From Nitrospirota bacterium (GTDB taxonomy: Bacteria > Nitrospirota > Thermodesulfovibrionia > Thermodesulfovibrionales > UBA9159): a DNA stretch of 64,000 nucleotides. The notes below the pieces were generated by a model. It saw only the letters and a program-made list of their open reading frames with translations, was not told where the DNA came from and searched no databases. Each line of letters opens with the position of its first letter. Positions within the stretch are counted from its first letter, which is position 1. Shown here in pieces: positions 52,925 through 64,000 of this stretch. A program made the translations under genes and the position numbers. The stretch is from NCBI GenBank assembly GCA_963699545.1, contig CAVOUE010000006.1, positions 64,001 to 128,000 of the forward strand, read 5' to 3'.

Positions 52925-54860
52925 CTAGCTCTTTTTGAAATTCGGCACGATCTTTCGGATTTCGGGGATAAGGTCGTCGGGGGAGTTTTCTGCGATGATA
53001 CGATCCAGGTTCTTCATATGCATCAGGAGGGTGTCCGGGAGACGGCACGTTGCTGGGAATGGCTATCTTCAGCTTTTCATGAAAAGCAGGAACCATCGTT
53101 TCCGACTCGTCAAAGAGTTCTTCATAGAGCTTTTCCCCCGGCCTCAGACCCGTGAACTCGATCTTTATGTCCTCGTAGGGAATAAAACCAGAAAGCCGGA
53201 TGAGGTTTTCAGCCATATCCAGGATCTTTATCTGTTCGCCCATGTCAAGCACGATGATATCGCCGCCCCGCCCTCCTGCTGCGGCGATCAGCACCAGGTA
53301 CACCGCCTCGGGTATGAGCATGAAAAACCTCTTTATATCGGGATGCGTCACCGTCAGGGGCCCGCCCCGCCTGACCTGCTCCTTGAATATCTGCACCACG
53401 CTCCCGTTGCTCCCCAGCACATTCCCAAACCTGACTGCAGTGAATCTGGTCTCAGAGGTCTCATTCATACTGATCGCGAGGAACTCCGTTATTCGTTTCG
53501 TTCCGCCCATGATGCTCGTAGGGTTCACCGCCTTGTCGGTCGATACCATCACGAAACTCTCCGCTTTATGCCGTGAGGCCGCCTCAACGAGATTTCTCGC
53601 GCCGAAAACATTGTTCTTCACTGCCTCCATGGGATTGAGCTCCATGAGCGGCACATGTTTGTGGGAGGCGGCGTGGAAAATGATCTGCGGTTTAAATCTT
53701 GAGAACTGATACTCCAGGCCCGCCCTGTCCCGCATATCCCCGACAACCGTCGTAATAGCGGACACTTGGTGACGGGTTCCAGGTGACGGGTTGTCGCCTC
53801 TGACCTCTGACCTGGTACCGCTTCTCTCTTTCCCCTTTGCCTGCAGCTCCATGTCTATCTCAAAAAGACCGTTTTCGTACCGGTCGAACATGATAAGATT
53901 GGACGGGCCGTATTCAAGTATCTGCCGGCAGAGTTCGGAGCCGATGGACCCTCCGGCGCCTGTCACCAGGACAGACTTCCCCTGGATATAGTCTCTTACG
54001 GTCCGGACAGCAGTTCTGACAGGCTCCCTCTGGAGAAGGTCTTCAAGAGAGAGGGGCTTTATCTGTGACACCGAGACGTTCCCCTCGATGATGTCGCTCA
54101 GACCGGGCAGTATCTGGATCGGCACATTGAAGGGCTTGCAGATTTCATATATCTCGTTGATCGTCTTATGGCTCGCTGTAGGCATGGAGATGAGTATCTC
54201 CTCCGGCGCGTGCTTCTCGATCACTTCCCTGATCATTGTCCTCGGTCCGAAAATGGGAATACCGTGTATCGAGAGCCCCTTCTTCGAGGGATTATCATCG
54301 ATAAACCCGATAGGCTCATACGAATAGCTCGGATTGGTCTTCATGTCCCTCACGATCATCTCTCCCGCATCCCCGGCGCCTATGATAAGCGCCCTCTTTC
54401 TTGAAATTTCGGACTTCGCGTATTCCCTGAATACCCTGATAAAGAGCCTGCTCCCGCCGGAAAGTATGACAAGGAGCAGCCAGTCAATAACGTAAATGGA
54501 GCGGGGATACGAACTGTCACCGAAGAGATACCTCACGGCAATAACGAATATGACGGTACCCAGCGAAGCGGACTTCACGATCTTCACAAGGTCACCGATG
54601 CTTGAATAGCGCCAGAGATCCTTGTTGAGGCCGAAATAGAGATAGAGCCCGAGACGGATGGTGAGCAATACGGGCAGGAAGACCTTGAACTGCGTCACCG
54701 TTGCCGGGGACAGGATCCCCTCGAACCGGAGGAAGAAGGCGAAATAGTTCGCCACGGCAACCTCGATAAGATGATTCACCGTAACGATTGCCCGCCTGTT
54801 CTTTACGGTCAATGTCTTGACCGCCTCATACATACGCGACGTTATCCGATTCTCGCTCAT
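52925..54860 (-). CDS. UDP-GlcNAc 4,6-dehydratase (PglF/CapD/WbpM family), +1 error near 53037
   Basis: TM N-terminus, GAGDAG, TGAGGSIGSE, HKHVP, STDKAVNP, RFGNVLGS, GLRPGEKLYEE; corrected end ...EIRKIVPNFKKS*. Confidence 0.93.
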
Positions 54861-55438
54861 CTTCTCAGAATCGTTCTCAGGATCAATTTCAGGTCCAGGT
54901 ACATAGTATGACTATCAACGTATGCAGATGCAAGTTTGATCTTTTCCGGGAGCACCCTGCCGGTGTACTCCCGCTCCCAGTCTGCCGACGAGGAGAGCAC
55001 GCTCTCTTCATCGGAGAATTGTAGAGACGCGGGGTCTGTAATGCCGGGACGGAGGCTCAGGAGCTTTTCATAATCAGACCTGAAGAGCTCAACATATTTT
55101 TCCACCTCCGGCCTCGGCCCCACAAGGCTCATCTCCCCTTTCAGGACATTGATGAGCTGCGGAAGTTCGTCTATCTTTGCCTTCCTCAGGAATCTCCCGA
55201 CCCCCGTCACTCTGCTGTCTCCTCCTGCGGTGATCTCAGGCCCTTTTCCCGAAGCATCCACAGTCATCGTCCTGAACTTGACGATACGGAAGGGTCTGAA
55301 AGCCTTGCCGATCCTCTCCTGACGGAAAAACACAGGGCCTCTGCTGTCGATCTTGATCAGGACGGCAACAACGAGGAAGAATGGCAAAAGGATCATTAAT
55401 CCCAGAAACGACACAATGAAATCAAAGATCCTTTTCAC
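54857..55438 (-). CDS. Undecaprenyl-phosphate sugar phosphotransferase (PglC-like)
   Basis: [34 protein letters not shown]. Confidence 0.95.
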   Translation of the reverse strand: MKRIFDFIVSFLGLMILLPFFLVVAVLIKIDSRGPVFFRQERIGKAFRPFRIVKFRTMTVDASGKGPEITAGGDSRVTGVGRFLRKAKIDELPQLINVLKGEMSLVGPRPEVEKYVELFRSDYEKLLSLRPGITDPASLQFSDEESVLSSSADWEREYTGRVLPEKIKLASAYVDSHTMYLDLKLILRTILRR

Positions 55439-56640
55439 TTTCTGAACTTCTTCGCCGTTTCCGTCACCAGTGCGATGACATAACTGACTTCCTCATCCGT
55501 CATGCCCGGATAGAGGGGCAGGGAGATGCACCTCTCGTAGTACCTCTCTGCCACCGGGAAATCCACGGCCCGATAGCCAAAAGCATCCCTGTAGAACGGA
55601 TGCCTGTGCAGCGGGATGAAATGAACGCTGGTGGAGACCCCCCTTGATTTCAGCTCCTCCATGAAGCCGGATCTATCCAGGGCCAGCGCATCAAGATTCA
55701 GCTGAATAACGTACAGGTGCCACGCAGTCTCCCTTCCGGGCTTAACGGCAGGAGTCATTATCTCCTCAAGAGGAGCAAAGGCCTCCGTATATTTCTGCGC
55801 GATCTCCTTTCTCCTCCGATACATCCGGTCGACCTTCTTCAACTGGGCAAGTCCAAGGGCGGCCTGGATATCGGTCATATTGTATTTGTATCCTGCTTCG
55901 ACGACTTCATAGTACCACGAACCCTCACCGGTATATCTCTTCCACGCGTCCTTCGAGATTCCGTGCAACCTCAGGTTTCTTATGCGGTCAGCCCATTCTT
56001 CGTTCTCTGTGGTAACCATTCCTCCCTCACCCGTGGCAAGTGTCTTTGTTGCATAAAAGCTGAAACAGGTGAGATCACCGATGGTCCCGATCATTTTGTT
56101 ATCTTCTGTTTCTTTACCCATAACCTCTGACCTGTCACGCATTGCCTTGCTTTTATACCATGCAGGGAGCGAATGGGCAGCGTCCTCGACCACACGGAGT
56201 CGGCGCGCACGGGCAAGCTCCATGATTTCGTCCATGTCGCAGGGCTGGCCAGCAAAATGGACCGGGATGACCGCCTTTGTCTTTTGAGTGACAGCCCGTT
56301 CGACAGCAGCCATGTCCATGGTATGGCTTTCACTCTCGACATCCACAAGCACCGGCCTTGCGCCGAAATAGCAGACAACCTCGCCAGTCGCCGTAAAGGT
56401 CATGGTGGGGATGATGACCTCGTCGCCGGGTTTAAGGTCAAGGGCTTTCAGGGCAAGGTGCAGAGCTGCGGTGCAGGAGTTCACCGCAACGGCATGTCTT
56501 GAACCGATATACTTGCCGAACTCTTCTTCGAACCTGATTGTCTTCGGCCCCATCGTGAGCCAGCCGGATCTGAGAGAGTCAACTACTTCATTGATCTCCT
56601 CGTCGGTTATGTAAGGTTTATGAAAAGGAATTTGCCGCAT
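55435..56640 (-). CDS. DegT/DnrJ/EryC1/StrS sugar aminotransferase
   Basis: NSCTAALH, EDAAH, SFYATKTLATGEGG, SLPLYP. Confidence 0.96.
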   Translation of the reverse strand: MRQIPFHKPYITDEEINEVVDSLRSGWLTMGPKTIRFEEEFGKYIGSRHAVAVNSCTAALHLALKALDLKPGDEVIIPTMTFTATGEVVCYFGARPVLVDVESESHTMDMAAVERAVTQKTKAVIPVHFAGQPCDMDEIMELARARRLRVVEDAAHSLPAWYKSKAMRDRSEVMGKETEDNKMIGTIGDLTCFSFYATKTLATGEGGMVTTENEEWADRIRNLRLHGISKDAWKRYTGEGSWYYEVVEAGYKYNMTDIQAALGLAQLKKVDRMYRRRKEIAQKYTEAFAPLEEIMTPAVKPGRETAWHLYVIQLNLDALALDRSGFMEELKSRGVSTSVHFIPLHRHPFYRDAFGYRAVDFPVAERYYERCISLPLYPGMTDEEVSYVIALVTETAKKFRK

Positions 56641-56672
56641 CTACAGGCATCTTAACGACGTGTGTATGATAT

Positions 56673-57584
56673 TCATCTTTCACAACCCTTCTTGGTTTTA
56701 CGCGCAAGCAACAAAACTCCCGGATGTATCACAACCTTGCCGAAAGTCAAAAGATGCGCAGTCGCTGCGATTGCATAGGAGATACGGCCTGGCCATCCCA
56801 TCATCCGAAACGGCGCGGTAGCCGCTCCCAGCACCTCAACAACCGAGAACCCAACGTCAGAAAGGATCTTCTTCAATGAGCTTATGGACACTGAATGAAA
56901 CTGCTTCATTATCCCTTTTTCCAGTAATGCGTCACGCTTTTCCCCCGGCCTCATCACCTTCAGTACCGTATCAATGAAGAGGTGCTTATTGCTGATGCGC
57001 ATTGCCAAAATGCCCGAAGGAGAAAGAGCGCGATGAAACTCTTCAAGGGTTTCTCTCGGGTCCCAGGTGTAGCAAAAAGAATCAAGCGCGACCACTACAT
57101 CAAAGCATTCATCAGGGAAAGACGCTTCTTTCATGGTCCAGGCTTGTCGTGTCCTAAAGCCTTTTTCTTTCAAGAGCGTCGCCGCGTCCGGATTCGGCTC
57201 AAGACCGGTAATTTCAAAGCCCCTCCCCTTTGCCCTTGCCATAAAGTTGCCAAATCCGCATCCGTAATCAAGAAGCCGCTTTCCTTTCGACAGCTTACCT
57301 ATCTTATCAAGGAGAGTTATTTCCACATGACTCTTTAGCAGCTGGTATTCACTATTTCTCTTCGGATTCGCATAATCGACAAACTTCCAGTGGCTTACTA
57401 CCTGATCGGCCGTATACATAGGATAAACAAACAGAGCCTCACAGTCTTGACAACAGTAATATCCATTCCGCAGCAGCGAACCGCCCTCCTGAGGATATGT
57501 CTGAAAAAAAAGAGGTTCTGCGGATACGCGCGAGCCTCTACAGAAAGCGCATGCCGCGGGGCTCGTGCTTCCGGTGTTCACCAT
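56673..57584 (-). CDS. Class I SAM-dependent methyltransferase with N-terminal Zn-ribbon
   Basis: CAFC...CQDC; LLDYGCGFG; FDVVV; LSPSG. Confidence 0.85.
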   Translation of the reverse strand: MVNTGSTSPAACAFCRGSRVSAEPLFFQTYPQEGGSLLRNGYYCCQDCEALFVYPMYTADQVVSHWKFVDYANPKRNSEYQLLKSHVEITLLDKIGKLSKGKRLLDYGCGFGNFMARAKGRGFEITGLEPNPDAATLLKEKGFRTRQAWTMKEASFPDECFDVVVALDSFCYTWDPRETLEEFHRALSPSGILAMRISNKHLFIDTVLKVMRPGEKRDALLEKGIMKQFHSVSISSLKKILSDVGFSVVEVLGAATAPFRMMGWPGRISYAIAATAHLLTFGKVVIHPGVLLLARKTKKGCER

Positions 57585-57620
57585 TCCACCCCCGTTGCCC
57601 GCGACAGCGAACCTGTTTCT

Positions 57621-58571
57621 TCAGTCAAACATCTTCTCCGCACTGTCAGTTACTCTTCTTTTGTTCAGTATCAATTCCAGCATTCCACTGGCCTTCTTAA
57701 GGCGGCGGTCACCCGGCCTAAAAAGCAGCGCAATCTTCAGAAGCAACAGCGTCAACGCATTGGCAAATGGCTTCATCAGGGGATGAAGTGCGAAGACCCT
57801 ACACACCGGTTTTGCTTTAAATCCCACCTTCGTCTTGAATGCGTGCAAACCGGTCTCATTGCTCTCAGCCTGAAGCGAACTCAGTCCATAACTTACCATA
57901 TCAAACTTTTTTTCAACCAGGTAGTGATATAACGCGCTATACATTAAGGAGTCATTAGGTCTGAGGTTCAGCAAACTGTTCATTGAAAAACAGCCCTCAA
58001 TTTCAGCCCAATTATCAACCTCGGTTATGGATAGAAATGCGGCCAGCTTATCATCTTTCCACGCGCCAAGAAAGACATGTCCATGACAACAAATACGCGA
58101 GGAAAATCGTTTCTTAAACTCTTCCGGCTTCCCATCAGACAAGCCGACCCGGCACCGTGTATCACTAAATGCCCTTTCCCCATAAGCAATCAACTGTTCA
58201 GGCGTTATTGGTCCAATCCTCAGTTCCCTCTGTCCTCGGTGCACATTGCGACGCAAACCCGGCGCGAGTTTTTCCAGCGAATATGAATGGTCTGTGCAGA
58301 TATACAACCATGAATTTGCCGGATGACGTTCATCGGGTTCTATAATATAACCGGCGACCAATGCCCTCCCCTGATGAAGAACATGACGTATCTCCTCAAA
58401 AGGAGGGGGGGCAAGCCAGAAGGTGGGCACTCGCATCATGGAGCCGCGCTCATACTGAACCCAAAAAACCTCTTTCCCACGAACTACCCGCGTCCCGTTT
58501 TTTTCTATCGCGGATGCATATTCTGCAAGCGAAGGCGTCCGTAACTCCTCAGGCACCATGGCAATGCTCAT
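57621..58571 (-). CDS. Hypothetical GNAT/FemAB-like protein
   Basis: LRRNV.RG, PNDSLMY, GLHAFKTKVGF tail typical of FemAB-like GNATs in polysaccharide loci. Confidence 0.55.
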   Translation of the reverse strand: MSIAMVPEELRTPSLAEYASAIEKNGTRVVRGKEVFWVQYERGSMMRVPTFWLAPPPFEEIRHVLHQGRALVAGYIIEPDERHPANSWLYICTDHSYSLEKLAPGLRRNVHRGQRELRIGPITPEQLIAYGERAFSDTRCRVGLSDGKPEEFKKRFSSRICCHGHVFLGAWKDDKLAAFLSITEVDNWAEIEGCFSMNSLLNLRPNDSLMYSALYHYLVEKKFDMVSYGLSSLQAESNETGLHAFKTKVGFKAKPVCRVFALHPLMKPFANALTLLLLKIALLFRPGDRRLKKASGMLELILNKRRVTDSAEKMFD

Positions 58572-58611
58572 TTCTGTTTCACGAAAGCGAATAGCTGCAT
58601 AACGCTCCTCT

Positions 58612-59650
58612 TTATCTCGTCAGGGGCAGATCTTTGAGCTTCCTGCGCTTATGCTTCTTCAAAATAAGGAAGTCCCATATCCCCTTCAGATAACCGGCCC
58701 CGTAGCTGATATGAAGAGTGGCGAAGGCTATTGGCAAAGTGAAGAAGTACCGCGCGCCTTTTTGCAAGGCAACGCGGAAAGAAAAAGAAAGACTGGTGAT
58801 AAGATAGAACGAAAGGATGAAGAGAAGAACCCACATAAAGGACTTAAAGACCAGCGACAATGCGGAGGAGGCAATCACGCCGAGGACGAAAAGGACCGGC
58901 ATTATCTGACGCAGAGTGAGCACCGCCCCCACCTTCTGTGCTACAAGGGGCTTGAAATAGCCGTACTGGAAATACATTTTAAAGAGCTTAGAGAGGGAAT
59001 CCCTCGCATAATAATACGAGACGATCTCAGGAGCGAGGAGCACCTTGCCGCCGTTCCTGATAATCCTGAGATTAAACTCATCATCCTGATTTCGAACAAG
59101 CTCTTCATCGAACAAACCTATCTTCTCAAAGACTTCTTTTCTGTAGCATCCGAAGGGCACGGTATCAACGTATCTCGGCTCCTTTGAGCCTATCCTGAAA
59201 TAAGCGTTCCCCACGCCGAAAGGATGAGAAAGCGCGAGGGCTATCGTCCTGGCAATGTGGGTTTCAGCTGCCGGCAAGGTAATGAAACTTCCCCCCACAT
59301 TATCCACCTTAAACTCACCAAGGTATTTCACGCATTTTGATAGGTAATCTCTTTCATACCTGCAGTGCGCATCCATCCTTACAATTACATCTCCATGAGC
59401 TTGCTTTATTCCTGTGTTCATCGCAGAGGAGACTATTCTCTGGGGATTATCCAGGACCTTGATGCGGGAATACTTTGCGGAATATTCTCTGACAGTGTCC
59501 CGTGTGCCATCCTCGCTTACACCGTCGACAACGAGGAATCTCCAGTCTGTTCCGGTGATAGTCCTGTCCGATGACAGAATCGAGGCATTTTTCGATAAAC
59601 TTTCCCTCGTTGCGGCATGGAATGATTATGGAAACGAAAGGGGAGTCCAT
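58612..59650 (-). CDS. Glycosyltransferase family 2 (ExoA-like), frameshift near 59535
   Basis: VSIIIPCRNE; RMDAH, DTVPFG, RNQDDEFN, QYGYFK. Confidence 0.9.
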
Positions 59651-59651
59651 G

Positions 59652-60843
59652 TCAGCGGGCAGCCTCACTATATAACTGCGCGAATCGCCGAACGAAGTTA
59701 TCGACGGTAAAATGTTTCTCCACTTTCTTACGGGCAGCTTCCGAAATTCTCTTACGCAATGACTCATCTCTTAAGAGTCTGATGATCGCCTGCGCAAGTT
59801 CGTTCGTCTTGTGCGGATCAACAAGAAATCCGTCTTCCCCCTCGCTTATAATTTCACGGGGACCACCCTGATCAGCTGCGATTACCGGAACCCCCGCCGC
59901 CATCCCCTCGATAATCACTAAGCCAAAGGGCTCAGGCAAGATCGAGGCGTGCACGAGGACATCCATCGCCCTCAGCAGCGCAGGAATATCATTCCTCGCC
60001 CCCGTAAAAATAACTCTTGATTCAAGCTTCAGAGTCTTCACCAGTCGGATGAGTTCGTCCTTAAATCTAGGATCGCCAAACGTCGTATCACCGATCACAA
60101 GAAATTTTGTATTCTCCATCTGTTCCGCCACCCGTGCCGCCGCCTTCAGGAATTCCTTGTGCCCTTTCCACCGTGTCAATCTTCCCACCATGCCCACGAC
60201 AAGCTCCTCCTCGCTGATGCCGAGCTCCCGCCGCACTGCCGAACCGTCCACTTCCGGAGAGAATCTCTTGCAGTCCGTCCCGTTGTAGATGACGTGGACC
60301 TTTGAAGCGCTTTTCCCGTCGAACATCGCTCCTGCGGCCTTTGAGACGACCACGATCTTCTTGGGAAGAATTCCTCCGAGATAAACCAGCATCCGGCGGA
60401 CCATGCCGAAGGCCATCCTGGGATCGACGATGTCCTGCATATGCCAGATGCACGGCACTCCGGCAAGTTTCGCGGCAATAGAGCCGTAGATGTGCGCGAT
60501 CATCGAGTTGGTATGCACAACATCGATACGTTCCTTCTTCAGGAAGTTTTTTATTTTCAGAATAGCGGGGAGAAAGGCAAGGATATCATACAGGACTGCG
60601 AAGGGATTAAATATTTTCTTCCTGCGATACGTACTTGCTCGTAGACATAAATTTTGGGCGCGAATCGACATGATACTGAACACCCAGTTCTCTTAGCCGC
60701 TCGGTAAGCGGACCTTCATAGGGAACGATGACAACGGGATGGAAACGATCCTTGTCCATACGCTCAAAAAGAGAGAACAGATTGACCTCCGCCCCTCCGA
60801 TGCCCGCGTCCTGCTCGATGTAAGCTATATTAATTCTGTTCAT
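59652..60843 (-). CDS. Glycosyltransferase family 4, frameshifts near 60630-60670
   Basis: IAYIEQDAGIGGAE; VGRL..WKG, EPFGLVIIEGM. Confidence 0.92.
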
Positions 60844-61846
60844 TAAACAAGTCCAGCACCTCATTCCAGACACGTTCAACCGTGATCTCCTCCATACACT
60901 TCAAAGAATCGCACCCCCGCCCATAGCAAGGTTTGCACGCCAACGGTCCGGAATCGACCACACGGGCACTGCTTGCCCTGTAAGGCCTTGTTCGTGTCGC
61001 ATCTCCTGATCCGAATACCCCTACCACGGGCACTCCGAGAGCATTCGCAAGATGCATCGGTCCGCTGTCATTGGCTATGACGATTTCCGCTCCCCGCATT
61101 ATCGATGCGAGTTCTTCGAGGGCCGTCCTGCCTGTGAGATCGAATGTCCGCGGAGGCAACACATCCTCCATCCCGGAAAGAAGCTCTCTCTCAGCCCTAT
61201 CCCCGATGAACACGACATCCATCTCAAGGTCACTCAGCCTGCGGGCAAGCTCCAGAAAATTCCGGATCTGCCATCTTCGTGTTCTCTTTGTGCCGCCGGG
61301 TCCCAGAACCGCGTAGGGCCGCTCTGAATCATGGAAAGAGCTTTTTCTCTTCCCCAGGGTATCGGGCAACAGATATTCATACGATGTCCTCTCCCCGCTA
61401 TGTCCGCACTCAGCCACCGAGAGCATCCTTTCGACCTCGTGAAGGAGGGGGTCTTCGGGCACGGCAGTATCCAGAAAAGTTTCACCGAAGTCGCTCCGTC
61501 GGCCGATCGAATGTCTGGCAGAAACAAGCTTCACAAGAAAAAGCAGACGCTTATGGCTCTCTCTGCTGAGCACCGGCTGGAGCAGAAGCAGAAGGTCATA
61601 CCGGAGCGCCCTGAGTTTGAGTAATGTCGCAAGCACTCTCAGGGATGAAGAAAAGTTCTTGCTCTTTGACGGAAACGGTATCAGGTTCGTAATCCACTGG
61701 TCCTTTGCCAGGACAGGAAGTGAGCCGGGGTTCCCGAGGAAATCGATGCGGCAGTCGCCGTATCTTTTTCTCACTGCCTGGACCGCCGGACGTGCCATGA
61801 TAAGGTCTCCAAACCCGCCCGTATGGACAATGAGCACTTTACTCAT
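60830..61846 (-). CDS. Glycosyltransferase family 9 (heptosyltransferase-like)
   Basis: KVLIVHTGGFGDLI, RRW, TGRTAL, NDSGPMHLA, CKPC...C. Confidence 0.92.
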   Translation of the reverse strand: MSKVLIVHTGGFGDLIMARPAVQAVRKRYGDCRIDFLGNPGSLPVLAKDQWITNLIPFPSKSKNFSSSLRVLATLLKLRALRYDLLLLLQPVLSRESHKRLLFLVKLVSARHSIGRRSDFGETFLDTAVPEDPLLHEVERMLSVAECGHSGERTSYEYLLPDTLGKRKSSFHDSERPYAVLGPGGTKRTRRWQIRNFLELARRLSDLEMDVVFIGDRAERELLSGMEDVLPPRTFDLTGRTALEELASIMRGAEIVIANDSGPMHLANALGVPVVGVFGSGDATRTRPYRASSARVVDSGPLACKPCYGRGCDSLKCMEEITVERVWNEVLDLFNEQN

Positions 61847-61851
61847 TTTCT

Positions 61852-62640
61852 TCAAATCCTTCCCTCTTCCGCCATTCCTCGATCTTTCTTTCCTTTTTGC
61901 CTCTCCCAGAGCTGCATATACATCACAAAATTGTAATACGCAACATTCACCGCGATCATAAAGCCTCTCAGGCCATCCTTGTAACCCTTCAAACGAAAAT
62001 ACGACCAACAGAACATCACCAAGGGACGGAGCGTCACTTCACGGAGCCGGAACTTCTTCCCCAGCTTTATGAGCTCGTCGGTCTCGTAGCTCATGTACCG
62101 GGTGAATTTCGTCAGATAGGACTGCATGTCATTGAAATCGTCGTGGATATGGTGCCCTTTAAGGACTCCAAGACGTTCTCTTGGAACATCGATATCCGCA
62201 TGGACCTCGCGCGCTACGTACCGGCATGATCTCCTGAACAATCTGATATTATAATCGGGATAGTAATGACTGTGGCGCATCCATACGCCGTAAACATAGT
62301 TTTTACGCGGGACCTTGTACGCGTCGATGCCCGGATCAGGGTTATCCAAGAGTTGGAGTATCTCGTCTTTCAACGCCGGCTCTACAACCTCGTCAGAATC
62401 GGTCAGCAATATCCATTCGTTTTCAGCCTGAGGAATGGCCCAATTCTTTTGAAGGGCTGAATTGACATATTCGTGCTGTATGATTCTGGCGCCGTATTCA
62501 CGGCAGATGTCGAGGGTTCTGTCCGTGCTGTAACTGTCCACGATGAGGATTTCATCGGCCCACTTAACGCTTTCGAGACAGCGCTTGATGAACTTCTCAT
62601 TATTGAATGTGGGAACGATTGTGGTGATTGTCTGTCTCAT
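61852..62640 (-). CDS. Glycosyltransferase family 2 (WaaE/KdtX-like)
   Basis: PTFNNE, VDSYSTDRT, QKNWA, WILLTDSDE, YPDYNIRLF, DGLRG. Confidence 0.92.
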   Translation of the reverse strand: MRQTITTIVPTFNNEKFIKRCLESVKWADEILIVDSYSTDRTLDICREYGARIIQHEYVNSALQKNWAIPQAENEWILLTDSDEVVEPALKDEILQLLDNPDPGIDAYKVPRKNYVYGVWMRHSHYYPDYNIRLFRRSCRYVAREVHADIDVPRERLGVLKGHHIHDDFNDMQSYLTKFTRYMSYETDELIKLGKKFRLREVTLRPLVMFCWSYFRLKGYKDGLRGFMIAVNVAYYNFVMYMQLWERQKGKKDRGMAEEGRI

Positions 62641-62646
62641 GTCTGC

Positions 62647-63815
62647 CTATAAGCTCTTCGTCCTGTAAACATGAATTTCATAGGGCTTAAATGTATCGGA
62701 AAATGTCCCGCTATCGGAATTCAAACTTCTGCTTTCACCCATAACTTTAATTGTGCTGTTCTTTTTCGAGAGAGCATCGAACAAGAATGTTGCTTTGATT
62801 TCTTTGTCAGTTGCATTCGCAGCAATAAAATACCTGCCTGCCTTAAATCCACCCGTATCTTTGATAAGCCGTTTTTCTGAAATGTGTACGGGGAGAAGTC
62901 CACGGTCGTCCTTTTGGGGGCCGTCAGTGATCTCCACCCTCACTTTATTGTAATCACCAGCCGCCAAAAGAAGGGGATATATGCCATTCAACTCCCTGAC
63001 TATTTTCTTTAAATCATTCCAGTGTCCCGGTGATTCCATTATCCTGTATTCGCTCCCTGTAAAGGTGAAGTAGAAAATGCCCTTCGCTCCATAGATGATC
63101 GACAGGAACGTCATTGCCCGCATTTCTTCATAGGTCGGTTCACGGAGGCCCCATCCCTTAAGCTGGGGGCACTGATACCCGAATGCCTGGATCACCGCCC
63201 AGACCGGCCCTTTATCGCCTTTCTGAATGCCCGCCCAGCGCGTAGTCTCAGCGATATGATTTAAAGGTGTATCCGGGACTGGATACCGGTCGGTCATGAG
63301 GATATCACTTGCTTCCCTGTATTGACCGTAACGGTCACTCCTATGAATGACGACTGCTGTCGGCCGGTGAGGATCCAGTTTCTTCACGAAGGAATGTATG
63401 GCCCTCATCTGTTCAGGTGTGCCGCCCCCGAGTTCAGGCTCGTCCGCTATGAGCCATGCCAGAACACTCCCGGACTTCAGAGCGCCGTCAACGAAGCTTT
63501 TCACTTTCCCGAAATCGATAGTTCCCTTGTTCCCCCTGTCCCCGGGATAAATCAAAGCCTTGAGTCCGAGGGCTTCTGCCTTTTCAATAAATTGTCTGAG
63601 TGTTACGGGATCTGATATATAGGTGTGCGCAGCATTGAAACCTGCCTCCTTCACAATTCCAAGGTTTTCAGGACCGACCGAGAACATGCCGATAGGAAAG
63701 AAATCCTCCGCTCCGCTCACCAGCGGAATGCAGATGACGAGTGCGGCAAGGAAAAGTAAAATATGCAGGCACTTCTGTAGATGAAGGCTAAGCTTGGCAG
63801 TGCCACCCTCATTGC
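62647..63815 (-). CDS. Exported glycoside-hydrolase-like TIM-barrel protein (start uncertain)
   Basis: Signal-like LLFLAALVICIPLVSGA; FFPIGMF, EAGFN, WLIADEP, DPHRP, DRYP, WAVIQAF. Confidence 0.65.
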
Positions 63816-63822
63816 TTTGCCT

Positions 63823-63873
63823 GTCATCCTCGCGAAGCCTGCCCTCGAAGTTCCCGGTCGGGCGGGGATCCAG
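63823..63873. repeat. REP-type palindrome with an inner insertion
   Basis: GTCATCCTCGCG ... GCGGGGATCCAG; same family as 22468-22494. Confidence 0.7.
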
Positions 63874-63981
63874 CAGGTCATGCTTATGCTCATACACACG
63901 TCTTATCAAGTCCGATGTGACACCCACATACAAAGTGCCATTGCGCTTACTGCAGAGAATATACACATAGAAGTTCTTCAT
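63874..63981 (-). pseudogene. Truncated GIY-YIG nuclease (first ~36 codons)
   Basis: MKNFYVYILCSKRNGTLYVGVTSDLIRRVYEHK, then runs directly into the REP element. Confidence 0.85.
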
Positions 63982-64000
63982 TTAGTTCGTGTCGGGATTC

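Noticed and set aside
51744-54860. 1038-aa PglF-nucleotidyltransferase fusion
   Set aside because: Removing one C near 53037 restores a normal PglF end (EIRKIVPNFKKS*, 52925); the next gene has its own ATG at 52886.

Overview
Chromosomal window from an anaerobic Gram-negative bacterium. Gene content and order suggest Nitrospirota (Thermodesulfovibrionia-like) or a related lineage; this is inference, no search was run. It holds: a heme operon (ahbD-like radical SAM, hemE, hemH) interrupted by a kinase and a REC/HD-GYP gene; hflX; a ygiB/ygiC/DUF350 module; a complete mercury-methylation operon (hgcC-hgcA-hgcB plus a CMD/AhpD-like gene) behind a perfect sigma70 promoter overlapped by 9-bp tandem repeats; glyQS and rplM-rpsI-argC; a 2.6-kb AT-rich island in the 3' end of hemB, flanked by a synonymously recoded duplicate of the last 17 hemB codons and carrying an Mrr-like nuclease-DUF1566 fusion and a class-III-cyclase-like gene; a 13-kb block where mvhD-metV-metF precede split glutamate-synthase-like subunits, followed by a second split glutamate synthase operon, each behind a leader terminator; five tRNAs; accessory genes; and a surface-polysaccharide cluster. 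Heptamer arrays and REP/MITE elements occur in spacers and in frame inside enzymes. Many genes, including essential ones, carry single-base insertions, most likely sequencing or assembly errors; these also create two false gene fusions in the ORF track.
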